A stretch of 64,000 nt of DNA from assembly GCA_051985455.1 (NCBI GenBank), contig JBPYEI010000042.1:12088-76087 (forward strand), written 5' to 3'. Each line of letters begins with the position of its first letter. The stretch's first letter is position 1. This DNA is from Acidimicrobiales bacterium (GTDB taxonomy: Bacteria > Actinomycetota > Acidimicrobiia > Acidimicrobiales > AC-9). Under the pieces are notes generated by a model that was not told where the DNA came from, ran no database searches, and saw only the letters and a program-made list of their open reading frames with translations. The position numbers and the translations under genes were made by a program. Positions 9,694 to 19,148 of this stretch are shown piece by piece.

Positions 9694-10560
9694 ATGGGCT
9701 ACGAGCAGATCGCGTACGAGCTCGAAGATGGACTCCTGACCCTCACCCTGGATCGCCCCGACCACCTCAACGCCTTCACCGTCACCGTGCTGCGCGAGCT
9801 GCTCGACGCCTTCGATCGTGCCGACGCCGACGACGCGGTGCGCGTCGTGGTCGTGACCGGCAGAGGCAGGGCCTTCTGCGCCGGGGCCGACCTGTCCGCC
9901 GGCGCCACCGCCTTCGATCTACCCGAGTCGGCGGCGCGCGCCGTCGCGGGACGGCCGCCTCCTCGCGACGGTGGTGGGATTCTCGCCCTGCGCATCTTCG
10001 ACTCGACCAAGCCCGTGATCGCCGCCATCAACGGGCCGGCAGTCGGTGTCGGCATCACGATGACCCTCCCCATGGACTTCCGCCTGGCGTCGGACCGGGC
10101 GCGCATGGGATTCGTGTTCACCCGGCGCGGCGTCGTCCCCGAGGCGTGCTCGAGCTGGTTCCTTCCTCGCGTGGTGGGCATCAGCACCTCCCTCGAGTGG
10201 GTCCTCAGCGGTCGGGTCTTTCCGGCCGAAGAGGCCGCCGCCGCCGGGCTCGTGCGCGAGGTCGTACCCCACGACGACCTGCTCCCGGCCGCCCGCCGCT
10301 TGGCCTCGGACATCTCCGAGAGCAGCTCGGCAGTCTCGGTGGCGCTGTCCCGGCGCATGCTGTGGCGCATGCTCGGCGCGGACCATCCGATGGAGGCACA
10401 CAGGGTGGACTCCCGCGCCATGGCCGAGATGGGGCGGTCCCGGGACGCCCACGAGGGAGTGGGCGCATTTCTGGAGAAGCGGCCCGCCCAATTTCGTATG
10501 ACCGTGAGCGGCGACCAGCCGGACGTCTTCCCCGGTTGGCTCCCCCGAACGTATGAATGA
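9694..10560 (+). CDS. Enoyl-CoA hydratase/crotonase family protein
   Basis: AFCAGADL, KPVIAAINGPAVGVG and EGVGAFLEKR; GAAGGAG RBS upstream. Confidence 0.93.
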   Translation: MGYEQIAYELEDGLLTLTLDRPDHLNAFTVTVLRELLDAFDRADADDAVRVVVVTGRGRAFCAGADLSAGATAFDLPESAARAVAGRPPPRDGGGILALRIFDSTKPVIAAINGPAVGVGITMTLPMDFRLASDRARMGFVFTRRGVVPEACSSWFLPRVVGISTSLEWVLSGRVFPAEEAAAAGLVREVVPHDDLLPAARRLASDISESSSAVSVALSRRMLWRMLGADHPMEAHRVDSRAMAEMGRSRDAHEGVGAFLEKRPAQFRMTVSGDQPDVFPGWLPRTYE

Positions 10561-10600
10561 CCGCTGCACCAGGCCCTACCAGGCCGGGCGGTAGGCTTCC

Positions 10601-11941
10601 GTGCCGGTGACACCGAGACGCCGAGCGGTCACGTCCAGGCGGCGGACCGAGCTGGGGCTGTTGATCCTCGGGGGCATGGTCGTGGGCTTCGCGTACGTCC
10701 TGGCCTCGTTGGGCAAGACCGCGTCCATACCCGCCAACATCGGTCCCTTCCTCGGCGTCATCTTCGGGCTGGCCCTGGTCGCCCACGTGGCCAACAGGTG
10801 GCTGGTCCCCGACGCCACGCCTGTGATCCTGCCGGTCGCGTTCCTACTCAACGGGCTCGGCTACGTCGTCATCGCCCGCCTCAACTACAAGCTGGCCGGA
10901 CTCCAGGCGGTGTGGACCCTGGTCGGCGTGGCCGTGTACGTGCTCACCCTCGTCGTGATCCGCCACTCGCGGGATCTCGCCCGCTACCGGTACCTCGTGG
11001 CGTTCGCCGGGTTGGCCCTCCTCCTCCTCCCGCTCGCCCCCAAGCTCGGACAGAACATCAACGGGGCGCGTCTGTGGGTACGGCTCGGGCCCGTCACCTT
11101 CCAGCCCGTCGAACTGGCGAAGATCGCGCTCATCATCTTCTTCGCGTCCTACTTCGTGGAGAAGCGCGAGCTCCTCACGCTGCCGACGGTCCGCATCGGC
11201 AACCGGCTGTTCACCGACCCTCGTCCGTTCGGTCCTGTCGTCCTTGCGTGGGGATTCTCCTTGCTCGTCATGACGGCCGAGCGCGACGTCGGCTTCTCGT
11301 TGCTCATCTTCGTGCTGTTCATCTCGATGCTGTGGATGGCCACAGGGCGCGTGACGTACCTCGTCGTCGGGGCGGTGCTCTTCGTGATCGGCGCCTTCCT
11401 CGCCGCCCATCTCTTCGGTCATGTCCACGACCGCATCACCGTCTGGCTGGACCCGTGGAAGTACGCAAACGGCATCGGTTACCAGGTGGTGCAGAGCCAG
11501 TACGGCCTCGGCTCGGGGGGGCTGGTCGGTTCCGGTCTCGGTCTGGGCCATCCGACGCTCATCCCGGTGGCGTCCAGCGACTTCATCTTCGCCGCCATCG
11601 GCGAGGAGATGGGTCTGCTCGGCACGGTCGGCATCGTCATGGCGTTCCTCGTGCTCGTCGGCACCTCCCTGCGCACCGCTCTGGGAGCCAAGTCCGACTT
11701 CCCCAAGCTCCTCGCCGCAGGGATCACGGCGGCCATCGGCTTCCAGGCCTTCTTCATCATGGCGGGCGTGGTGCGCCTGCTCCCGCTCACCGGCGTCACC
11801 CTGCCCTTCGTCGCCTACGGCGGTTCGTCGCTCCTCGCCAACTACGTGCTGATCGCTCTCCTCATGAGGGTGTCGGACGAGAACGTCGAGCAGGCCGTGC
11901 CTCCGCAGGCGGAGAACCGGGTCGCGGTCGCCGTCGGCTGA
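10601..11941 (+). CDS. FtsW/RodA/SpoVE (SEDS) protein, actinobacterial RodA type
   Basis: RRTELGLL N-terminus, GARLW, FQPVELAKI, DFIFAAIGEEMG and TGVTLPFVAYGGSS. Confidence 0.93.
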   Translation: MPVTPRRRAVTSRRRTELGLLILGGMVVGFAYVLASLGKTASIPANIGPFLGVIFGLALVAHVANRWLVPDATPVILPVAFLLNGLGYVVIARLNYKLAGLQAVWTLVGVAVYVLTLVVIRHSRDLARYRYLVAFAGLALLLLPLAPKLGQNINGARLWVRLGPVTFQPVELAKIALIIFFASYFVEKRELLTLPTVRIGNRLFTDPRPFGPVVLAWGFSLLVMTAERDVGFSLLIFVLFISMLWMATGRVTYLVVGAVLFVIGAFLAAHLFGHVHDRITVWLDPWKYANGIGYQVVQSQYGLGSGGLVGSGLGLGHPTLIPVASSDFIFAAIGEEMGLLGTVGIVMAFLVLVGTSLRTALGAKSDFPKLLAAGITAAIGFQAFFIMAGVVRLLPLTGVTLPFVAYGGSSLLANYVLIALLMRVSDENVEQAVPPQAENRVAVAVG

Positions 11942-11971
11942 GACACGGCCGGCGGCGGGGCGGCGACGCCT

Positions 11972-12709
11972 CTACGCCTGGAAGGTCCCGGCGGTGGCGA
12001 GGACCTCCTCCGCCACCATGATCGGGACTGCCAGCGGTTGGCGGAGGGCGAGGGCGAGGGCGTCGGACGGCCGGCACTCGATCGTGTGCGATCCGCTGGG
12101 CCCCGAGAGCGCCAGCTCGGCGTAGAAGACCGGGCCGTCGACGCCGACGACCCGAACGGCGTCGAGCTGGAGACCGAACCGCTGGAGGATCGTGGTGAAG
12201 AGGTCGTGCGTCAGCGGCCGTGGCGTGGCGATGCCCCGCCAGGCGTAGGCCAGTGCGACCCCCTCGGGCTGGGCGATGGTGATCCGCAGCTCGCGCCGGG
12301 GAGGGTCGATCTCGTGCAGCACGACAGAGGGGCTGGTGCTCGGCAGTTCGAGGCCCACGCCCATGAACGCCACCTGGCGCATCGGGGCGGGCTCGACGGA
12401 ACCCTCCTCGGTCGGTGGCGGCCAGGCCGGCTCCCCTTCCTCCCGCGCACCTTCCTCGTGGGCGCCGTGCACAATCTCGGCCTTGGCTCCCTCGGCACCG
12501 TGCTCGGCAGGCCGCTCCGCGGAACCCTGTGGAGCTCCTGCGCTCGCCTCGGTCTCGGAGCCCGAGTCCTCGGGTCCGGGCCGTTGGTCACCTTGCGCGT
12601 CGTGCTGTCGATCCGGCGGACGCCCGTCCCCGGGCTCGGAGGGCCCCCCAGATCCACTGCCAGGGCCCTGAAGCGACTCGGCGGGTGCGGGGCCCCCCTC
12701 GCCAGCCAT
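11972..12709 (-). CDS. Bifunctional nuclease family (DUF151) protein with acidic disordered N-terminal extension
   Basis: PRPLTHDL, FYAEL and RPSDALALALR motifs; ATG follows the rodA stop. Confidence 0.8.
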   Translation of the reverse strand: MAGEGGPAPAESLQGPGSGSGGPSEPGDGRPPDRQHDAQGDQRPGPEDSGSETEASAGAPQGSAERPAEHGAEGAKAEIVHGAHEEGAREEGEPAWPPPTEEGSVEPAPMRQVAFMGVGLELPSTSPSVVLHEIDPPRRELRITIAQPEGVALAYAWRGIATPRPLTHDLFTTILQRFGLQLDAVRVVGVDGPVFYAELALSGPSGSHTIECRPSDALALALRQPLAVPIMVAEEVLATAGTFQA

Positions 12710-12717
12710 CGCCGCCC

Positions 12718-13908
12718 TCAGCGGAAGCGCCGCATGCCCACGTTGAGCACGATCCCGATGGCGGCGAAGAAGGCGATGGTCGCCGAGCCTCCATAGCTCA
12801 TGAAAGGCAATGGGATACCCGTGATCGGCATGATACCCATCGTCATGCCGGCGTTCTGGAACACCGAGAGGCCGATAAGTCCCAGGACACCGCCGCACAG
12901 CAGCATGCCGAGGGAGTCCCGGGCCGTCTGGGCGATGCGGAGGATCCGCCAGACCACGACCCCGAACAGGGCGAGAAGGGCAGCGGCACCGACGAAGCCC
13001 AGCTGCTCGCCGACGGCGGTGAAAATGAAGTCGGTCTGCTGCTCGGGCACGTAGTTGAGGTTGGTCTGGGAGCCGTTGAACAGCCCCTTGCCGCTGGTAC
13101 CGCCGGAGCCGATGGCGATCTTCGACTGGGCCAGGTTGTAGGTCGACTTCTGGTTGCTGCTGGAGGTCGAACCGGGGGCGGCGGTGATCGTCTGCCCGTT
13201 CGGCGTCTGGTGGACGAACGAGGTGAGCCGATCTACCTGGTACTGCTTGAGCACGCCGAGCTGGACGACGCCGACGATGCCGAGCACCGCCAGCAGCGCG
13301 AGGGCCGTCAGGTACCGGCCCTTCACGCCTGCTATCACCATCATGACCAGCAGCACGACGGCCATGACGATGGCCGTGCCCAGGTCCGGCTGCTTGTACA
13401 CGAGGAAGATCGGGACCCCCGCCAGGATCAGCAGGACGATGACGTGGCGCAGCCTGATGGCGCCTTGGTGTCTTCGTAGGAACGCGGCTGTAGCCAGGAT
13501 GAGGGCCAGGGTTGCGAATGCCGACGGCTGCAGCTGGAACGAGCCCAGTTGGATCCACCGCGCCGCTCCGAGGGCGGTGCTTCCGATCGGGCTCAGGACC
13601 GCCAGCAGACCCAGCAAGACGGCCCCGTAGGCGATCGCTCCCAGTATCTCGAAGTGGTGGTAGTCGATCAGCACGACGGCGACCAGGACGGCCAAGCCGA
13701 TGATGGCGTAGATCAGCTGCTTCTTGAGGTAGTAGCGAGGGTCGGCGCCCGCCAGCTCCAGCTTGCCTCTGGTGGCGGAGTACACCATCAGCACGCCCAT
13801 GGCGGCGATCGCCAACGTGGCGAAGGTGAGCACCACGTCCACGTGCTGGAACATGGTCGTGCGGCTCCTGGCCCGGGTCGGTTGGTCCAGGACACGTAGA
13901 GCCACCAT
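12718..13908 (-). CDS. rodA: Rod shape-determining protein RodA (SEDS)
   Basis: QPDLGTA, QSKIAIGSGG, VPEQQTDFIF and MPITGIPLPFMSYGGS; GAGGAGG RBS upstream. Confidence 0.9.
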   Translation of the reverse strand: MVALRVLDQPTRARSRTTMFQHVDVVLTFATLAIAAMGVLMVYSATRGKLELAGADPRYYLKKQLIYAIIGLAVLVAVVLIDYHHFEILGAIAYGAVLLGLLAVLSPIGSTALGAARWIQLGSFQLQPSAFATLALILATAAFLRRHQGAIRLRHVIVLLILAGVPIFLVYKQPDLGTAIVMAVVLLVMMVIAGVKGRYLTALALLAVLGIVGVVQLGVLKQYQVDRLTSFVHQTPNGQTITAAPGSTSSSNQKSTYNLAQSKIAIGSGGTSGKGLFNGSQTNLNYVPEQQTDFIFTAVGEQLGFVGAAALLALFGVVVWRILRIAQTARDSLGMLLCGGVLGLIGLSVFQNAGMTMGIMPITGIPLPFMSYGGSATIAFFAAIGIVLNVGMRRFR

Positions 13909-14077
13909 CACCTCCTCGCCACGACCGCCGCTATCGTGGGCCGCATCGATTCTGAAGGAGCCCCAGGGGCGACGCAAGCCACCCCGGCTCCCAGCCGGTG
14001 GCTCCGGCTGCCGTCCCCCGCTCCCTCGGCTCGTCCGGCGCTGGCGGCTGGCGCCCGGCCCCGCCCCGTCGGCAAGG

Positions 14078-14995
14078 ATGCCAGTTGTGATCTTCGCTGC
14101 AACCACACCCGTCGTCATCACCAACCAGAACGACACGGGCTACATCCACGATCTCCTCCGCCAGTACGGGGCCAGCGAGTTCGTCGCTCGTACCGTCCAG
14201 TTCGTCGTCCTGCGCCCGCTCGAGATAATCCTCATCGTCCTCGTCGCCTGGCTGCTGTCCCGGCTCGGCGCCAAGGTGGCCAGGCGGACGCTGCGCTCCC
14301 TCAGCACCCGGACCCGACTCGAGGCCGTCTCCCCTCGGGCCTCGCTGCGGGTCGAGACCATCGGCGCACTCATCACCAGTCTCTGGCGCGCCGTGGTGTG
14401 GACCATCGCCGGCCTCATGATCCTCGGCGCACTCGGGATCAACCTCACGCCCATTCTCGCCGGCGCCACGGTCATCGGCGCCGCCCTGGGGTTCGGGGCC
14501 CAGAGCCTCGTGCGCGACTTCTTGTCCGGCTTCTTCATCATCGCCGAGGACCAGTACGGAGTCGGCGACGCCATCGCGGTCGGTGACACGCGGGGGACCG
14601 TCGAGGAGGTCAACCTGCGGGTCACGCGGCTGCGGGCCGTCGACGGCACCGTCTGGTACCTCCCGAACGGCGAGATCCGCCGGGTCGGGAACTCATCGAT
14701 CCAGTGGGCGCGCGCCATCGTCGACATCGTCGTGCCCTACGACACCGAGGTGGACCGGGCCACGCCTGCGATCACCGACGAGGTCTCGGCGGTCACCTCC
14801 GACCCTTCCTGGTCGTCGATGTGCCTGGGTCCACCGGAGGTGTGGGGGGTCGACTCGATGGACCACGAGTCGATCACCATCCGCGTGGCCGTCAGGACGA
14901 CGACCTCGGACAAGGACGCGGTGACCCGAGCCCTGCGAGGGCGGATCACCGCCCGGCTCCAGCGGGAGGGGATCGTGGCGCCGGCCGACCAGTAG
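14078..14995 (+). CDS. Small-conductance mechanosensitive channel (MscS family)
   Basis: GFGAQSLVRDFLSG, EDQYGVGD and PNGEI motifs. Confidence 0.92.
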   Translation: MPVVIFAATTPVVITNQNDTGYIHDLLRQYGASEFVARTVQFVVLRPLEIILIVLVAWLLSRLGAKVARRTLRSLSTRTRLEAVSPRASLRVETIGALITSLWRAVVWTIAGLMILGALGINLTPILAGATVIGAALGFGAQSLVRDFLSGFFIIAEDQYGVGDAIAVGDTRGTVEEVNLRVTRLRAVDGTVWYLPNGEIRRVGNSSIQWARAIVDIVVPYDTEVDRATPAITDEVSAVTSDPSWSSMCLGPPEVWGVDSMDHESITIRVAVRTTTSDKDAVTRALRGRITARLQREGIVAPADQ

Positions 14996-14996
14996 C

Positions 14997-15887
14997 TCAG
15001 GCGCTCTGGAGGACCTCGGCGACGGCGGTGCGCATCGCCGCGACCGGCGCGTCCTCACCGGTCCAGAGCGTGAAGGAGAGCGCAGCCTGGTGCACGAGCA
15101 TGCCCACCCCGTTGACGGCGCTGGCCCCGCGGTGCCGCGCCATCTCCAGCAGAGGCGTGGTGGTCGGGTGGTACACGAGGTCCACGAGGACCTGACCGGG
15201 ACCCAGCCGGGTGGCGTCCAGCAGCGGCGACGCCGCGCCGGCGTGGCGCGGGTCGTCGGCGGTCGGCGCCGGCGGCCGGTCCCCCCGATCGTCGTTCCCC
15301 ATTCCCACGGGCGTGGCGTTGACCACGAGATCCATTTCCTCGATCTCCGCCGGCCGACCGACGCGGCCCACGACGCCGGCCAGGGCAGCGGCGGCTCGGC
15401 CCCGTTCAGGCGTGCGGTTGACAACCACCACCTCGCGGGCGCCCGCCTGGGCCAGTGCCAGTACCACGGCTCGGGCGGCTCCTCCCGCGCCGACGACCAG
15501 ACACCGACGTCCCGACGGGTCCAGGCCCGGCTCCGACCGCAGCGCGTCGATGAAGCCCTGCCCGTCGGTGCTCTCCCCCACCAGTTCGTCCTGCCGCCGC
15601 ACGACGGTGTTCACCGCCCGGAGGGTCGCCGCCGTCGGGGAGCACCGCGCCAACGCCTCGGCGACGGGCGTCTTGTGCGGCATGGTCACGGACAGGCCCT
15701 CGACACCAAGGGCCGTCGCTCCCACCAGTGCCTCTCGAGCCCGGCCGGCGGGCACCGGGAAGGCGAGATACGCCCAGTCGAGGCCCAGCGCGGAGAAGGC
15801 GGCGTTGTGCAGGACCGGCGAGAGGGAGTGGCGCACGGGGTCCCCGATCACCCCCGCCAAGCGGGTGGAACCGGTCGGCCAGACCAC
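14997..15887 (-). CDS. aroE: Shikimate dehydrogenase
   Basis: GDPVRHSLSP, SVTMPHK, AVNT, GAGGAARA, NATPVG, DLVYHP and MLVHQA. Confidence 0.95.
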   Translation of the reverse strand: MVWPTGSTRLAGVIGDPVRHSLSPVLHNAAFSALGLDWAYLAFPVPAGRAREALVGATALGVEGLSVTMPHKTPVAEALARCSPTAATLRAVNTVVRRQDELVGESTDGQGFIDALRSEPGLDPSGRRCLVVGAGGAARAVVLALAQAGAREVVVVNRTPERGRAAAALAGVVGRVGRPAEIEEMDLVVNATPVGMGNDDRGDRPPAPTADDPRHAGAASPLLDATRLGPGQVLVDLVYHPTTTPLLEMARHRGASAVNGVGMLVHQAALSFTLWTGEDAPVAAMRTAVAEVLQSA

Positions 15888-15892
15888 CCTCG

Positions 15893-17071
15893 TCAGCCCA
15901 GGCCGCGCTGGTGGGCCAGGGCGATGTTGGCGTTCTGCTCGGCCAGCGTGGTGGAGAACGCCTCCGTCCCGTCGGGCGACACCACGACGAAGTACAGCCA
16001 CGGCCCGGGCGTCGGATTGAGGGCCGCAGTCAGCGCCGCGTCCGCCGGGTTGGCGATCGGCGTCGGTGGCAGGCCGGCCACCCGATACGTGTTGTAGGGC
16101 GAGGCGATGGCGAAGTCGGGCTTGCTCAGGGTGCTGACGTGCCCGCCGAGGGCGTAGACAACGGTGGAGTCGAGCTGGAGCGGCATCCCCTTCGCCAGTC
16201 GGTTGTAGACGACCTGCGCCACGCGGCCCTCGTCGTCCGGCGTCTTGGCCTCACGCTCGACGATCGACGCCACGATGAGCGCGTCGTAGGGCGTCACCTT
16301 GAGCCGCGCCGCCTGGTCGGCGATCCCCATCCCGTTGGCCTTGTTGTCGAAGGCCGTGACCATCTGGCCGAGGATCGTCAGGTCGTTGGTGCTGGGCTGG
16401 AAGGAGTAGGTGGCCGGCTGGATCAGCCCCTCCAGGCTGGTGCTGCCGGGGGGCGAGAACGCCGATCGGACCTGTCCGCTGTTGGCGGCGGCCAGAAAGG
16501 CGGACGCCGAGTGACCGGGCAGGCGCCCGACCCGCGTCGCCACGTCCCCTAGAGTGGCGCCGCTCGGGATCACGATGCGATCGGCGGTCGGGCCGTTCCC
16601 GAGAGCGTCGACGACGGCGCCATAGGAGTCGTGTCGATGGAGCGTGTAGCTACCGGCCTGCACGGCGCCGGCTCCGTGAATGCGGACGTACAGGCGAAAC
16701 AGCGTCGGCGTGCTGATCACGCCGTTGCGAGCCAGGGTGTCGGCCATGGCCGAGTACGAGCTGCCCGCCGGCAGGTTGACAGTGACCGCCCGCCCTGGGC
16801 CACCCGGGGGGTTGACCTGGAAGTCGATCCAGATGGCCGCCCCTGCCAGCAGGAGAAGGGCGCCGGCCACGCAGGCCAGCACGATCCGCTGGGTGGACGA
16901 CAGCCTGCGCCGCCGCTTCACCCATTCCACGCCTCCGTCGTCTTCGACCGCGGTGGCCACGGCGCCCTCGTCGGGAGGCGCGGCCCGGCGCGGTGCCTGA
17001 CGCCAGTCCCGAGCGGGTGCCTCCGCTTCCTCTGATGAATCCCCTCGCGCGGGGAGGTCGCCATCACTCAT
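15893..17071 (-). CDS. mltG: Endolytic transglycosylase MltG
   Basis: TM anchor, ASIVERE, VYNRL..GMPLQLD, SPYNTY and GLPPTPIANP. Confidence 0.95.
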   Translation of the reverse strand: MSDGDLPARGDSSEEAEAPARDWRQAPRRAAPPDEGAVATAVEDDGGVEWVKRRRRLSSTQRIVLACVAGALLLLAGAAIWIDFQVNPPGGPGRAVTVNLPAGSSYSAMADTLARNGVISTPTLFRLYVRIHGAGAVQAGSYTLHRHDSYGAVVDALGNGPTADRIVIPSGATLGDVATRVGRLPGHSASAFLAAANSGQVRSAFSPPGSTSLEGLIQPATYSFQPSTNDLTILGQMVTAFDNKANGMGIADQAARLKVTPYDALIVASIVEREAKTPDDEGRVAQVVYNRLAKGMPLQLDSTVVYALGGHVSTLSKPDFAIASPYNTYRVAGLPPTPIANPADAALTAALNPTPGPWLYFVVVSPDGTEAFSTTLAEQNANIALAHQRGLG

Positions 17072-17519
17072 CGGTTGTCCGGGAGGAGCCACGGGCAGCG
17101 TGGGCGTCCAGCCAGGACTGGAGCATGATGGCCGCTGCGACCTTGTCCAGCGAGCCCCGTCTGGCGGTGCGGCGCGCCCCACGCGGCAGACCCGATCGAG
17201 CGAGGGAGCGCCCTGCGCTCACCGACGTCAGGCGCTCGTCGTGGGTCTCCACCGGCACGCCGACCGCGGCGGCGAGATGCTCGACCTCGGCTCGGGCCTC
17301 ACCCGCCGCCGGTCCTTCGGTGCCGTCGAGCGACAGCGGCAGGCCGACAACGACGGTCCCTCCTCCCACCTCGGCCACGATCCTGGCGATCTCGGCGTGA
17401 TCCCGAGCCCGATCGCCCGAGCGCTCGATCACACCGTAGGGCGAGGCCACGGTGCCCTCGCCGTCGCTCACCGCGACCCCGACGCGCCGCTCACCGAGGT
17501 CGATACCCACGACCCTCAT
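17064..17519 (-). CDS. ruvX: Holliday junction resolvase-like protein RuvX/YqgF
   Basis: GIDLGERRVGVAVSD, VVGLP, DERLTS and DKVAAAIMLQ. Confidence 0.95.
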   Translation of the reverse strand: MRVVGIDLGERRVGVAVSDGEGTVASPYGVIERSGDRARDHAEIARIVAEVGGGTVVVGLPLSLDGTEGPAAGEARAEVEHLAAAVGVPVETHDERLTSVSAGRSLARSGLPRGARRTARRGSLDKVAAAIMLQSWLDAHAARGSSRTTDE

Positions 17520-17600
17520 GGCAGCTCGAGGGTGGTGCGGACCAGGTCGGGGGCCTCGGCGATGCGCGCCCGGTCCAGAACCCCGGCCGGGGCCAACTGC
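17516..17600 (-). pseudogene. Possible 3' remnant of alaS
   Basis: Frame GVLDRARIAEAPDLVRTTLELP* ends with its TGA overlapping the ruvX ATG, at the position alaS normally occupies; only weak resemblance to the AlaRS C-terminus. Confidence 0.3.
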
Positions 17601-17766
17601 CGCGGCTCCATAGCGCCCTTCGTCTCCATGCCGGACCGAAAGCCTACCGGCCGCATCTCGACGTCTTGGATCGTCGGGCGCTTACGCCGCCAGTGTGCCG
17701 TGCACGGCGGCGACCACCGCACCAGGGCTGTCCGTTACGTCGCCCAGGGCCCCGCACCCTGGTCCG

Positions 17767-18015
17767 TCAGCGGCGGACCTGCCGGGTCGCCACCTGGGCT
17801 CGGAGGTCGGCCTCGTGCTGGCGCATCGCCTGGCGTCCCTCGGCGACGGCCTGGCGCACGTCGAACCCCACGTCGCGAGCCGCCTGGCCAAGGTCGGACG
17901 AGATCCGGTGGGGCGAGTAGCGCTCGACCGTCTCCCGCACGACCCGCATGATCCAGAAGGACATCCCGAAGCCGAGCCCGGCGCCCATCGCCAGCCAGAA
18001 CAGTCGCTTGAACAC
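17767..18015 (-). CDS. Conserved small membrane protein (DUF6167-like)
   Basis: FKRLFWLAMGAGLG...AEGRQAMRQHEADLR; this family usually lies upstream of alaS. Confidence 0.75.
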   Translation of the reverse strand: MFKRLFWLAMGAGLGFGMSFWIMRVVRETVERYSPHRISSDLGQAARDVGFDVRQAVAEGRQAMRQHEADLRAQVATRQVRR

Positions 18016-18381
18016 CTAGCGCTCCCTCCGCTGACGGAACTGGCGCGCCGCCTCGCTCGTACCCCGCCCCAGGGCCCTCGCCTTGATCACCGGGCTCACC
18101 AGACCGAGATCGAACGACCCCAGGCCCAACTGCGCGCGGGCTTTCGCACCCGAGGATGGCGCCGGATGCAGCCCGTCGCCGCCAATCCCGTCGAGCTCCG
18201 CCGCTCCGGATCGGTTCATACCTGCCCGCGCGTCGTGGCGGACGTCGTCGATGGCACGCACTAGCTGGCGGGACGTCCGATCGAGACTGGCGACGGCCGC
18301 GGCGAGGCGGGCGAGGACGACGGTCACCGTCACGGCCGCGGCGATACCACCCGCCACACCTGCCATCTCCCAACCGCTCAC
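18016..18381 (-). CDS. DUF948-like membrane protein
   Basis: N-terminal TM, helical middle and SPVIKARALGRG C-terminus; syntenic with the DUF6167-like gene. Confidence 0.6.
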   Translation of the reverse strand: MSGWEMAGVAGGIAAAVTVTVVLARLAAAVASLDRTSRQLVRAIDDVRHDARAGMNRSGAAELDGIGGDGLHPAPSSGAKARAQLGLGSFDLGLVSPVIKARALGRGTSEAARQFRQRRER

Positions 18382-18545
18382 GCCGTACCCGTCCCCATGT
18401 CCCTGATGCCGTCACCCCCGCTGGACCCGTCCGACCATGCACAGTCAGCGTCGATCACTAACGTAGCGGCGCATCGCGCCGCCACGCCCAGCCCCGAGCG
18501 TCCGGGAGGCGTAGCCTCGAAGGCAGACGAGCAGGGGAGGCGCGC

Positions 18546-19106
18546 GTGCTGGACACGGACGAGCTCATCGCAGACTGTACGAGCTCCCTCGCCGAACCGA
18601 GCCCGCAGGTCGCGGTCAAGGAGGTCCTGGCTCGGGCGGTGGCGGCACCGGGCGACGTCGAAGCGGCCCTGCCTGCAGCGCGAGCCGAGCTGACGCCCAT
18701 CCACCGGTCGCCGGATCTCACCATCCTCAAGGTGGTGTGGGCGCCGGGGATGCGGATCCCGCCCCACGACCACCGGATGTGGGCGGTCATCGGCATCTAC
18801 GGCGGGGGTGAGGACAACACCTTCTATCAGCGGGCCGAGGAAGCCATTCTGGTATCCGGCGGCCGCGAGCTGCGCACGCGCGACACCCTCGTGCTCGGCG
18901 ACGACGTCATCCACTCGGTGACCAACCCGCGCCAGCACGATTTCACTGGCTCCATCCACATCTATGGGGGCGACTACTTTGGCGTACCTCGGAGCCTGTG
19001 GGACGCACAGACCCTCGAGGAGGGCCCGGCTGACGGCGCCCGGCTGCAAGCACTGTTCGACGAGGCGAACACACGACTGAACGCCTCCGACACGGGCGCC
19101 GGTTAG
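18546..19106 (+). CDS. Cysteine dioxygenase-like cupin
   Basis: PPHDH..WAVIGIYGGGEDN...IHSVTNP...IHIYGG (3-His cupin pattern); GGGAGG RBS. Confidence 0.8.
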   Translation: MLDTDELIADCTSSLAEPSPQVAVKEVLARAVAAPGDVEAALPAARAELTPIHRSPDLTILKVVWAPGMRIPPHDHRMWAVIGIYGGGEDNTFYQRAEEAILVSGGRELRTRDTLVLGDDVIHSVTNPRQHDFTGSIHIYGGDYFGVPRSLWDAQTLEEGPADGARLQALFDEANTRLNASDTGAG

Positions 19107-19148
19107 CGTCCGGCCGGGCGGCGTACCCTCGCGAGCAGTCGGACAACG

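Noticed and set aside
11972-13558. 528-aa DUF151 ORF overlapping rodA
   Set aside because: The upstream part is an off-frame read of rodA; an ATG at 12709 directly after the rodA stop is the plausible start
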